The notes under the pieces: generated by a model
Seen by the model: only the letters and a program-made list of their open reading frames with translations
The model's database searches: none
What the model was told of the DNA's origin: nothing
Assembly (NCBI GenBank): GCA_016839605.1
Contig: JAEOTX010000124.1
Span: forward strand, 1-24,210
Length of the DNA: 24,210 nt
Source of the DNA: Candidatus Thorarchaeota archaeon
GTDB taxonomy: Archaea > Asgardarchaeota > Thorarchaeia > Thorarchaeales > Thorarchaeaceae
Reading direction: 5' to 3'
Program-made: the position numbers and the translations under genes
In this document: in pieces, positions 15,166 through 24,081 of the stretch
How positions within the stretch are numbered: position 1 is the first letter of the stretch
Layout: each line of letters starts with the position of its first letter

Positions 15166-16245
15166 ATGTATGAGCATGCTATATTCAGAGATGCGAAATA
15201 TGCGAAAACTCTCGTTAGCAAGATAGAATCTCTCAACGCTGATAGAGCGACTAGGATTGTTCACGTCTGTGGAACACATGAAGACACAATAACTAGACAC
15301 GGGCTCAGGTCACTTCTTCCAAGTCAAATCTCTCTTGTTGCAGGTCCCGGCTGTCCGGTCTGTGTGTGTGCCGCTGAGGATGTCGACTTCGCAATAGAAC
15401 TGTCGCGTAAGGGCCACATCATCGCAACATATGGTGATATGCTTCGCGTTCCCTCTACTTCATCATCTCTCATCAAAGAACGAGCAGACGGTGCTGATAT
15501 TCGGATTGTATACGGGGTCAATGAAGCTGTAGACATTGCCAAAAGGAATCCGGATCGTGAACTAATCTTTGTAGGGGCAGGTTTTGAAACTACTGCTCCG
15601 ACCATGGCTGTAGAGATTCTGAAGAAGCCTCCAGACAACTTCTCACTTCTTACATCGTTGAAGGTTATTCCTCCTGCAATGGAGATCCTTGTCAATATCG
15701 ATGGCTTTGATGTAGATGGGTTTATCACACCTGGACATGTAAGTGCGGTGATAGGCACCAACTCCTATCAACCTCTCGCTGAGAAACACCGAGTTCCATG
15801 TGTTGCTGCTGGATTTGAGCCCCTCGACGTGCTTGAGTCAATCAGAATGATACTCTTACAGATTAAGGAGGGGCGCGCCGAGTCCGAAAACGAGTATACA
15901 CGAGTTGTGCAGCCTGAAGGAAACATTGCAGCACAAAATGTACTTGAAAAGGTGTTCCGGCTTGGAGATGCTCCATGGAGAGGGCTAGGAACCATCAAGA
16001 GTTCTGGGTATTTTCTTCGGGAGCAGTTCACTGAATATGATGCCCGCTTGAAATTTGATCTACCTCCAATTGAGTCGGTGGACATCCTCCCCGGCTGTAA
16101 ATGTCATGAAGTCATCCTCGGTATCACCGATCCCTCTGATTGTTCTCTATTTGGCAATCGCTGCATCCCAGAAGATCCATATGGTCCATGCATGGTGGGT
16201 CATGAAGGTACATGCAGAATTAGACATGAGCATCAAGAAATCTAG
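15166..16245 (+). CDS. hypD: [NiFe]-hydrogenase maturation protein HypD
   Basis: HVCGTHE, GPGCPVC, GFETTAP, PGHVS, AGFEP.D motifs and the C-terminal Fe-S Cys cluster (CKC..V..G...P.DC.LF...C.P..P.GPCMV..EG.C). Confidence 0.97.
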   Translation: MYEHAIFRDAKYAKTLVSKIESLNADRATRIVHVCGTHEDTITRHGLRSLLPSQISLVAGPGCPVCVCAAEDVDFAIELSRKGHIIATYGDMLRVPSTSSSLIKERADGADIRIVYGVNEAVDIAKRNPDRELIFVGAGFETTAPTMAVEILKKPPDNFSLLTSLKVIPPAMEILVNIDGFDVDGFITPGHVSAVIGTNSYQPLAEKHRVPCVAAGFEPLDVLESIRMILLQIKEGRAESENEYTRVVQPEGNIAAQNVLEKVFRLGDAPWRGLGTIKSSGYFLREQFTEYDARLKFDLPPIESVDILPGCKCHEVILGITDPSDCSLFGNRCIPEDPYGPCMVGHEGTCRIRHEHQEI

Positions 16246-16252
16246 GCCTACT

Positions 16253-16864
16253 TCATTTCTCAAGATCTCTCAACTCTTTCTCAGTATTTGCGTTGGAAAA
16301 AGTTGCTAGTTCCGAATCAAACTCAGATAGCACAAGAGTTGAGATGTATAGCACATTTTTCAGTCTGTCCAACAGGTTTCTCATCCTGTACTTGTTCTCG
16401 TCAGCCGTTTCAATTCCAGCTGAATAGGCATGTTCTGCAAGGTAGACTGAGTGAAGGGGCTCAATATATCCTGAGGGCCAAGATGGGACTACTGCTCCAT
16501 GGTCATTACGGAGTTGGTATAGAGTCTTCAACAGACTCACATTGGCAAGCGGCGAGTCAACTGGTAGTAGCTGAGTGTAAGCTGTTTCAGTGTACTCAAA
16601 AGATGTGATAGCACCTGTGAGTGCGCATCTGACAGAATCCTCTGGATCCGCCACTACCTGTAATCCCTGTGCAAATTCCTTTAGGGCTTCACCCTGTTCT
16701 ACGCTAGAAACCACAATCATCACATGAGAAGACAACTTCTTGGCGATGTCAATCATATGCGCAATGAGTGGTCTTCCTTGGAATTCCGCCAGGCTCTTCT
16801 CTGACTTGAAACGAGCTGAGTTTCCCCCAGCCAGAATTGCAACTGTCAAATCTTGGTCACTCAT
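16253..16864 (-). CDS. mobA: Molybdenum cofactor guanylyltransferase (MobA-like NTP transferase)
   Basis: ILAGG.S.RF..EK, L.GAITS, LPVDSP, EPLHSVY, F.N.NT..EL. Confidence 0.88.
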   Translation of the reverse strand: MSDQDLTVAILAGGNSARFKSEKSLAEFQGRPLIAHMIDIAKKLSSHVMIVVSSVEQGEALKEFAQGLQVVADPEDSVRCALTGAITSFEYTETAYTQLLPVDSPLANVSLLKTLYQLRNDHGAVVPSWPSGYIEPLHSVYLAEHAYSAGIETADENKYRMRNLLDRLKNVLYISTLVLSEFDSELATFSNANTEKELRDLEK

Positions 16865-16978
16865 CTTGTGCCTACACTCTCATTTCAGTGCCTGCGGATT
16901 ATCGAATTACTCTTGAATCTGACGATTGGATTCAATATAGCTCAATCCCTATCTATACCAATAGTAAGTTAGTATTAG

Positions 16979-17012
16979 AAAGTAAATTAGGCATGAAAAC
17001 TTACTTTTTAAA
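16979..17012. promoter_or_regulatory. Imperfect palindrome AAAGTAAATT-N9-AACTTACTTT abutting a TTTTTAAA TATA-like box
   Basis: 9/10 matching arms at 16979-16988 and 16998-17007; extra half-site AGTAAGTT at 16963-16970. Confidence 0.45.
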
Positions 17013-17163
17013 CCATAAAACCTACATTTGATTACTCTTCGACACTACAACGCATGACGTCCTGACTTTCTAATTACCTGTTGAAATAGCATAATATTTA
17101 GCAAAAAGATTCCGATGGTCACATGTGATATGAATCACGACTCAAAAGACGGAGGCATTAATT

Positions 17164-17373
17164 CTGTACGAAGTATCTCAATCAGGCCGGAAGTATTCTC
17201 TCCCTGTGCTGCTGCCTAAACGACTCAAGACCGATAGTGATGCGGATCTCCGATTTCAGTTGGTTTCTCTGAAGAACGCTGAGTCTGCACTTGTTGTTCA
17301 TATCAAGAGGATTGAGAGAGAACTTGAGAAAAGAGGTAGTCATACACAGATTTTAGGCTATCACAGAGAGTAG
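17164..17373 (+). CDS. Probable small coiled-coil protein (about 69 aa; non-canonical CTG/ATT start, or GTG 17206)
   Basis: GGAGG at 17151-17155, then in-frame ATT 17161 and CTG 17164; frame open to TAG 17373; amphipathic DADLRFQLVSLKNAESALVVHIKRIERELEKRG; ends 14 bp from the converging hdrA stop. Confidence 0.5.
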   Translation: MYEVSQSGRKYSLPVLLPKRLKTDSDADLRFQLVSLKNAESALVVHIKRIERELEKRGSHTQILGYHRE

Positions 17374-17387
17374 CACACCGTAGAATC

Positions 17388-19349
17388 CTACTCATGTGCG
17401 GATAGAAACTCTTCTATCATAGCTGCTATCTGTCCATCTGTATAATGTTGTGAGCTAATTGCTCCACTAGCACATGTAGCAGTACAAGTTCCACAGCCTT
17501 TGCATAGAGCTGGATTGACTTCCGCCTTGTCTCTCTGGTTCACGGTGATTGCATTGTAGGGACAGACTGAAACGCAGATGTGGCAGCCCGCGCATAGTTC
17601 TTCATCCACCTTAGAGTAATACGGTTCTACGCTGATCTTTCCTTTCCCCATCATTGACATTGCACCCGCAGCTGCAGCCTTTGCCTGGGCTACTGCATCA
17701 GGGATATCCTTTGGACCTTGAGACATTCCTGCCACGAAAATGCCATCATTGAATGAGTCCACTGGTCTTAGCTTTGGATGAGCCTCAAGGAGAAATCCAT
17801 CTGGTGACTGACTGAGATTGAGAACCTGTGCGATTTTCTTTGCGTCCTTTGGAGGCACCACGCCAGTTGACAATACAACCATGTCTACGTTCTCAAGGTC
17901 AATTGGCTTCCCAAGGAGTGTGTCCTCTCCCCTGACTGTGAGGTTATTCTCCTTCTCTTCGATAATCTCCCCCACTCTGCCTCGGATAAAGCTGACACCT
18001 GCTGCGGCAGTATCTTCCATGAACTCCTCATACCCCTTGCCAAAAGCACGCAAATCAATATAGAAGATATACACATCAGCACCTGTCTTATCGCGGATCA
18101 TACGAGCCTGCTTGATTGCAGTCATACAGCATATTCGAGAGCAGTATCTGTTTGTCCTCTGATCTCTACTTCCCACGCACTGAATGTAGACTATTCTCTT
18201 TGGTTCCTTCAGGTCTGATGGGCGTGTGACGTGTCCTTGGGTAGGTCCCGCAGAATTCAGCATTCGTTCAATCTCAGCTATATTGACCACATTTGGAAAC
18301 GTTCCATATCCATACTCTGCTTTCTCAGTTGCATCAAACACCTCAAAACCAGTGGCTACTATTATTGTGCCCACCTTGAATGTCAATTCCTTCATGTGGT
18401 CATCATAGAAGATAGCTCCTGCTTCGCATGCATCTTTGCATTTACCACAACGAACCGCATCAATACCTAGGCAGTTTTCCATGTCCAAGGTATAAGCTGA
18501 TGGAACCGCCTGAGCAAAGGGGATGTAAATCGCATTTCTGTACCCAAGGTTTGAGTCAAACTCAGATGGAACATCTACTGGACAGACTTCTAGACAATCA
18601 CCACATGCTGTACATTTCTCTAGATCAACATACCTTGGTTTCTGACGGACAGTCACCTCGAAGTTACCAACAAATCCGTCCACCTTCTCCACCTCTGCGA
18701 GAGTTAGGAGTTCGATATTAGGGTGTGATCCTGCCTGTGCCATGCGTGGCGTCAGGATGCATGAGGAGCAATCCAAGGTTGGAAATGTCTTGTCCCATCT
18801 GGCCATATGACCTCCAATCGTGGGTTCTTTCTCCACAAGATACACTTGATAGCCCGCATCTGCTAAGTCAAGTGCGGCTGAGATGCCTGCTATACCTGCC
18901 CCTACTACCATAGTTGACTTTCTGACAGTAACCTCGGTTTCCTCTAGCGGCTCTAGAAGTCGTGCCCTTGCTACAGACATTCTGACAAGATCAATGGCTT
19001 TCTCGGTTGCCGCATCTGAATCATCTGAATGAACCCAGCTAACGTGCTCTCGAATGTTAGCAATCTCAAGAAGGTAGGGATTGAGACCTGCCTCTCGCAT
19101 TACTGTTCGAAAGGTAGGTTCGTGCATTCGCGGCGAACAGGACGCAATCACAATACGATTTAGTCTGTATTCCTTTACTCGGTCCTTCAGGATCTGCTGA
19201 CCTGGTTTTGAACAGACAAACTTGTAGTCTTCAACATGCTCGACGTCAGGGAGGCCTTTCACGCCTTCCAGGAGTCTGTCAAAATCCACAACTCCCTTTA
19301 TGTTGGATCCGCAATGACACAGGAATATCCCGATACGTGCACTAGCCAT
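17388..19349 (-). CDS. hdrA: Heterodisulfide reductase subunit A (stand-alone HdrA)
   Basis: RIGIFLCHCG.NI, ASCSPRMHE.TFR, ANIREH.SWVH, GAGIAG FAD site, KTFPTLDCSSC, inserted ferredoxin, QCVGSRD...CSRICC, HPKLRPV, C-terminal ferredoxin. Start likely ATG 19349; ORF open to 19412. Confidence 0.96.
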   Translation of the reverse strand: MASARIGIFLCHCGSNIKGVVDFDRLLEGVKGLPDVEHVEDYKFVCSKPGQQILKDRVKEYRLNRIVIASCSPRMHEPTFRTVMREAGLNPYLLEIANIREHVSWVHSDDSDAATEKAIDLVRMSVARARLLEPLEETEVTVRKSTMVVGAGIAGISAALDLADAGYQVYLVEKEPTIGGHMARWDKTFPTLDCSSCILTPRMAQAGSHPNIELLTLAEVEKVDGFVGNFEVTVRQKPRYVDLEKCTACGDCLEVCPVDVPSEFDSNLGYRNAIYIPFAQAVPSAYTLDMENCLGIDAVRCGKCKDACEAGAIFYDDHMKELTFKVGTIIVATGFEVFDATEKAEYGYGTFPNVVNIAEIERMLNSAGPTQGHVTRPSDLKEPKRIVYIQCVGSRDQRTNRYCSRICCMTAIKQARMIRDKTGADVYIFYIDLRAFGKGYEEFMEDTAAAGVSFIRGRVGEIIEEKENNLTVRGEDTLLGKPIDLENVDMVVLSTGVVPPKDAKKIAQVLNLSQSPDGFLLEAHPKLRPVDSFNDGIFVAGMSQGPKDIPDAVAQAKAAAAGAMSMMGKGKISVEPYYSKVDEELCAGCHICVSVCPYNAITVNQRDKAEVNPALCKGCGTCTATCASGAISSQHYTDGQIAAMIEEFLSAHE

Positions 19350-19491
19350 ATCTTTTGCCTCTGCTAGAGACCCTTGAATGTCTCCTGTTGAGCATATTGC
19401 GCCCGGCAACATCTGCTATTAAGACATTGTGGAACCGACACCCTCTCAACGCATCCAAAGACAGAAATCGCACCCTTCAGTATCGTCACAT

Positions 19492-20130
19492 ATGCTTGAC
19501 TTTTCCATCGCTGGACCTGTTGTAAGCATACTAGCTATATCAGATGTAACGCTTCATCTTATTCTTGATGTGAAGAAATCGAGGAGGACAGGTAATCGCG
19601 CATTCAGCGAGCCGCGTACCAAAATACCATCATCAGCACTGGGTGCAGCGTCAGTGTCAACGTTTCTTGCCTTTGGGGTAGTGCTTCTAATTCCTGTAGC
19701 TTGGTTCTACGGGACCGGAAGTGAATTCTCCCACCTTCTCATCCCGCTCCTTGATCCAGCAATTTCCATTTGGCTCCCGGGACTCTTTCTTCTTGTTGCA
19801 GGAATCATTCTGCATGGGTGGTCACGATATGTTCGCAAGGAAATGGCATCATCATGGGCAATGAGCACTGGTCATGATTTGATTCAAATCGGTCCCTATT
19901 CAAGAGTCAGACATCCATCCTATACATCATATTTCTTGTGCTTCACAGGCCTACTCTTGATGTTACCTTCGCTGGTCACTCTTGTGATGCTTCTGGGTTT
20001 TCCAGGCTACTATCTAATTTCCTTGGTAGAGGAGAAGCATCTATTGCAGCACTTTGGGGAAGAGTACAAGCAATACAGGTCACGCACTGGTCGTTTCGTG
20101 CCATCACTTAGAAGAGGCCCATCTCATTGA
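19492..20130 (+). CDS. Isoprenylcysteine carboxyl methyltransferase (ICMT/Ste14/PEMT-like) family membrane protein
   Basis: Several hydrophobic helices; H.LIQ.GPY.RVRHPSY...EEKHL...FGEEY.QY...TGRFVP signature. Start likely ATG 19492. Confidence 0.9.
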   Translation: MLDFSIAGPVVSILAISDVTLHLILDVKKSRRTGNRAFSEPRTKIPSSALGAASVSTFLAFGVVLLIPVAWFYGTGSEFSHLLIPLLDPAISIWLPGLFLLVAGIILHGWSRYVRKEMASSWAMSTGHDLIQIGPYSRVRHPSYTSYFLCFTGLLLMLPSLVTLVMLLGFPGYYLISLVEEKHLLQHFGEEYKQYRSRTGRFVPSLRRGPSH

Positions 20131-21035
20131 GATGTCGTATTCTCTGGCTGTACCTGTTGCTCAGCCGCGCTCTTATGAACTAGAGGAAAATCTGGCTTCA
20201 CTCTATGACCAGCCAGAAACTCCTCAACTTCTGGGAGTCCCATGGCTACAGCCAAGAGCTCTGTATAGTAATAGACTGGAATCTTGAATTCAGTCCCAAA
20301 CATCCTATTGACAATCCGTTGGCCAGACTCAAAGGATATGAAACAGGTTGGGCAGAAGACCACTGCTGCATCTGGGTTGACCATTGCCATACTGTCCAGT
20401 TTCTCCTTCAAGATGGAGAAAGATATGTCGGATGCCTGTCCTCTGACTCCAGCTCCACAACACATTGTCTTATCCATGTACTCGAGTGGCTCCATTCCTA
20501 GAATCTCTACCAGTTTGTCAAACTTGACTGGGGCCTCTGAGGAGTCGACTTGAAGAATCTCCTCAGGTCTGAGGAGATGGCATCCAGAATGTGTCACAAC
20601 TCTCATGATTACAGGAGTTTCCACTTTCTTGCTAATCTCCTCGGCTCCTAGCTTGTCATGGAAGACCTGATGAAGATGGATTACTGAAGACGTTCCCTTA
20701 TACTCAAGATCTACAGCGGATAGATGTTCATTTGCTAGGCTCTTCCTTTCTGGTTTTGTATCAAGCTCATGCTTGGCCATGGAGAGTGATTCATGACAAC
20801 CCGCACAGGCTGTGAGAATATCAAGGCCCTTCTCTTCAGCAAGTGCGATGTTACGAGCAGCGAAGACCAGCCATGTATCATCTGAAAACGATCGAACCCC
20901 ACTTGGTTCTGGACAGCATGTGAATGGTAGATCTACAAGCTCTATGTCAAAATGTGGTGCCACCATCCGAATCGATTTCTCCGCAAAGGGAAGGCGATAA
21001 GCCATAGTGCACCCTATGAAGAATGCGTACTTCAT
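20124..21035 (-). CDS. hdrB: Heterodisulfide reductase subunit B
   Basis: Two CCG domains: FIGC...TCCPEP...ARNIALAE...TACAGC and HSGCH..RP...MCCGAG...CPTC; PVYYYTELLA.AMG. Confidence 0.94.
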   Translation of the reverse strand: MKYAFFIGCTMAYRLPFAEKSIRMVAPHFDIELVDLPFTCCPEPSGVRSFSDDTWLVFAARNIALAEEKGLDILTACAGCHESLSMAKHELDTKPERKSLANEHLSAVDLEYKGTSSVIHLHQVFHDKLGAEEISKKVETPVIMRVVTHSGCHLLRPEEILQVDSSEAPVKFDKLVEILGMEPLEYMDKTMCCGAGVRGQASDISFSILKEKLDSMAMVNPDAAVVFCPTCFISFESGQRIVNRMFGTEFKIPVYYYTELLAVAMGLPEVEEFLAGHRVKPDFPLVHKSAAEQQVQPENTTSQ

Positions 21036-21523
21036 TCAGCCAAGCTCTCCTTCGCCAAGTTCTTCTCCAGAATCTCCAAGCCTCCAGTTCCTTCAAACAG
21101 GATCTTAATCTGTTCTGGATCGGGTTTCGGTATTTCCGGAAGTCCAAGTTTGTTTCTCTTTCTCTCTACTCCAGTAGTGCCAGGTGCAATTACTCCTATT
21201 GTGAAGAATGACTCAACTGCTTTTGTAATATTGAACGGTGCATTTCCTTCAGCAGCTGAGAGGTTCTTGAGACCAATCAGAATGTCAGTCAGGGACACTC
21301 CCATAGGACACCTCTGATCGCACATGAGACAGTACGCGCAAAGCCACTCATTGCCTTCTTCTGTCAGCTCACCTGTCGATACCACTGCATCTATCGCAAG
21401 TCGTGGGTTGACCTCGGGTGCTACTCTGAACACTGGACATGATGAGGAGCATATCCCACATTGGAAGCAGGGCTTTGCAGCTTCCCTGAGTTCTTCGATG
21501 CGTTTTTGTGATTCGTCTGTCAT
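21032..21523 (-). CDS. hdrC: Heterodisulfide reductase subunit C
   Basis: CFQCGICSSSCP and WLCAYCLMCDQRCP; R.KLGLP tail; ATGA overlap with hdrB. Confidence 0.93.
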   Translation of the reverse strand: MTDESQKRIEELREAAKPCFQCGICSSSCPVFRVAPEVNPRLAIDAVVSTGELTEEGNEWLCAYCLMCDQRCPMGVSLTDILIGLKNLSAAEGNAPFNITKAVESFFTIGVIAPGTTGVERKRNKLGLPEIPKPDPEQIKILFEGTGGLEILEKNLAKESLAE

Positions 21524-21531
21524 CTTTCCAC

Positions 21532-24081
21532 CTACTTCTTCGACTGCTTCTTCTTTGGCTTGTTTGCTTTCTTCGCTGCGGTCTTTGATTTTGAAGTCGC
21601 CTTCTTCTTGGTGGTCTTCTTTGCAGCAGTCTTGGGTTTGGACTTTGCCTTCGGCTTTCTCTTAGGTTTTGGTGCTGGTTTCGTTTTCTTGTGTTTTTCA
21701 ACAATCTCTGCCATGTCCTGCATGATACCTTGCCATTTCTTCCCCTCACTTGCTGAAACCCAGTCTACCCTAAAGCGGTCATCTGCAATGCCTTTTCTTT
21801 CCATCCATCTACGGATCCTAGGTTCACGCTTTGCCATCCAATGGTTTCCTGTCTGGAAGTGACAATCTGCAGGTAAGTGACAGCCAGAATAGAGTACCGC
21901 TCCAGCTCCGAGTTCGAATGCCTTCTGCGCGAATTGGACATGGTACCGACCAGAACATAATGCACGTATCACTCTTGCATTGGTGGGGTACTGCATCCGG
22001 GAAACGCCAGCAAGATCTGAGCCTCGGTATGAACAGAAGGTACACGCAAAGGCGACAATCTTCTCTGATGGATTCTCCTTGAGTGCCATCTCGATTTGAG
22101 AATGCAATTGCTCATTTGTGAAATTGGGCATGTAGATTGCATCCTGTGGGCAATCACCAGCACATGTACCACATGCCTGACATAGTGCGCCCATCACCGT
22201 GTGTTTTCCAGTGCCATCCACAACAATCGCCCCATAGGGACACCTATTCACACATGTGCCACATCTGGTGCATTTGTCTTGGAGTATTTTGGCACTTAGG
22301 GCTTCAATTGGATATCGTCCCTTCTGAAGGATTATGGATGCCCGTCCTGCAGCCGCACTAGCCTGAATGACTGAATCTCTGATGTCCTTTGGTGATTCCG
22401 CACCTCCACAGATGAAGATGCCAGCTGAGCTGGTGTCAACAGGTCTTAGCTTCGGATGGGACTCAATGTAGAATGAGTCTTCTGTGCAGGATATCGGCAA
22501 TGGGAAGTCACCAGCAGTTCCTTCTGCACCCATTGATAGAATGACCATGTCATAATCTACCATGAGCAGCTTGTTGTGAGTTGTATCCTCCACTGCAACC
22601 CTGAGATTCTTTGTGTCAGGATACTGCTGAATCTCTCCAACTCGCCCCCGAATGAACTTGACACCCTCCTCTCTCGCCTTTCGATATTGGTCCTCAAAGT
22701 ACTTTCCATGCATCCGGAGGTCTTGATAGTATATTGTCACCTCAGTATCTGGATAATGTTCCTTGATGAGCAACGCGCACTTGACTGACTCTGCACAGCA
22801 GTAGTTTGAGCAACCCGTCCTTGTGGAGATGCTGCGTGAACCAACACACTGTGCAATTGCCACCGATTTAGGTTTCGACACATCCGAGGGTCTAACAAGA
22901 TGACCCTCTGTTGGTCCTGCTGCATTGATCAGTCTCTCAAACTCAAGCGTAGTGATGACATTAGGATACCTTCCCCAACCTAATCGCGGGACTTTGTTCG
23001 GATCTGCTGGAGCAAATCCTGTGGCGAGGATGATGACACCAACCTCAAACTCAATGATCTTCTCCCTGTCCGAGGGGATTATTGCCTCTTGTTCACACCT
23101 GTCAATGCATTTTCCACAGCGTATAAGATCCATTCCAAGGCATGCATCGGGATTGATGAAGAAGGATGAAGGGACTGCTTGTGGGAATGGAATACTGATT
23201 GCCTTATTCCAGGTAAGATTCTGATCTGTGCGACTAGGCACATCCACCGGACAGACCTCGACACAGTCATTACATGCTGTACACTTCTCTGGGTCCACGT
23301 ATCGTGGTCTCTGTTTCACTCGTACATTGAAATTGCCAACATAGCCTGAGACCTCATCAACCTCCGCAATGGTTATGAGATTGATATTGGGATGCTTTGC
23401 CACATCTACCATTTTGGGTCCCAAAATGCAAATACTGCAATCGTTCTGTGGGAACACCTTATCGAGGATTGCCATTATGCCACCGATGGTGGGCTCACGC
23501 TCAATCAGGTGAACTTTGAAGCCTGACTCGGCAAGGTCCAAGGCAGCCTGCATCCCTGAAACACCTGCTCCCACAACCATTGCAGCCTGCGTGACTGGAA
23601 CGTCCAGTTCTTGCTGAGCCTCAAGTGTTCTCGCTTTCGCCACAGACATTGCAACTAGTTCTTTGGCTTTCATAGTGGCTTCTTCTGGTTCATGCATATG
23701 TACCCAAGAGACGTGCTCCCGGATATTTGCCATTATGCAGAGGTATGGATTCAAGCCAGCCGCTTTCACCGCCTTTCTGAAGGTGTCCTCATGCATGGTG
23801 GGTGAACATGACGCCACAACTACTCTGTTTAGTTCGTGTTCTTTGATGGCTTGTTGGATCTCATTCTGTCCAGGATCTGCACAAGTGTATCTGTTGGTCT
23901 GAACGAAGACCACCCCCGGTAAGGATTCTGCATACTTGGCTACCTCATCTATGTCTACAACGGCACCAATGTTCTTCCCACATGCACAGGGGAACACTCC
24001 AATCCTTGGTTCTCCGTCTGCAGAAACAACCTCAGCATCTTCAGCAGTTTCGGTCTGGGGTTTCGGATCACTTGTGGTCAT
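21532..24081 (-). CDS. hdrA: HdrA-MvhD fusion protein with Lys-rich C-terminal tail
   Basis: Full HdrA motif set (CACG.NI, SCSP.MHE, GAGVSG, FPQNDCSIC, CVGSR..CSNYCC, HPKLRPV), then MvhD [2Fe-2S] motifs (FAC.FCSY.G.DLAG.SR.QYP, LCSGR, GCH...DCHF..GN, WVSASEG), then a 54-aa basic tail. Confidence 0.95.
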   Translation of the reverse strand: MTTSDPKPQTETAEDAEVVSADGEPRIGVFPCACGKNIGAVVDIDEVAKYAESLPGVVFVQTNRYTCADPGQNEIQQAIKEHELNRVVVASCSPTMHEDTFRKAVKAAGLNPYLCIMANIREHVSWVHMHEPEEATMKAKELVAMSVAKARTLEAQQELDVPVTQAAMVVGAGVSGMQAALDLAESGFKVHLIEREPTIGGIMAILDKVFPQNDCSICILGPKMVDVAKHPNINLITIAEVDEVSGYVGNFNVRVKQRPRYVDPEKCTACNDCVEVCPVDVPSRTDQNLTWNKAISIPFPQAVPSSFFINPDACLGMDLIRCGKCIDRCEQEAIIPSDREKIIEFEVGVIILATGFAPADPNKVPRLGWGRYPNVITTLEFERLINAAGPTEGHLVRPSDVSKPKSVAIAQCVGSRSISTRTGCSNYCCAESVKCALLIKEHYPDTEVTIYYQDLRMHGKYFEDQYRKAREEGVKFIRGRVGEIQQYPDTKNLRVAVEDTTHNKLLMVDYDMVILSMGAEGTAGDFPLPISCTEDSFYIESHPKLRPVDTSSAGIFICGGAESPKDIRDSVIQASAAAGRASIILQKGRYPIEALSAKILQDKCTRCGTCVNRCPYGAIVVDGTGKHTVMGALCQACGTCAGDCPQDAIYMPNFTNEQLHSQIEMALKENPSEKIVAFACTFCSYRGSDLAGVSRMQYPTNARVIRALCSGRYHVQFAQKAFELGAGAVLYSGCHLPADCHFQTGNHWMAKREPRIRRWMERKGIADDRFRVDWVSASEGKKWQGIMQDMAEIVEKHKKTKPAPKPKRKPKAKSKPKTAAKKTTKKKATSKSKTAAKKANKPKKKQSKK

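Noticed and set aside
17115-17219. 34-codon ATG ORF in the mobA-hdrA gap
   Set aside because: It has no RBS and no protein-like pattern; the overlapping frame behind GGAGG (17164-17373) is better supported.
17388-24081. Selenocysteine recoding or SECIS in HdrA/MvhD (known selenoproteins in some archaea, including Asgard)
   Set aside because: Both ORFs are uninterrupted, with Cys at the usual Sec positions (DCSSC/DCSIC, CTFC, GCH...DCH). There is no in-frame TGA.
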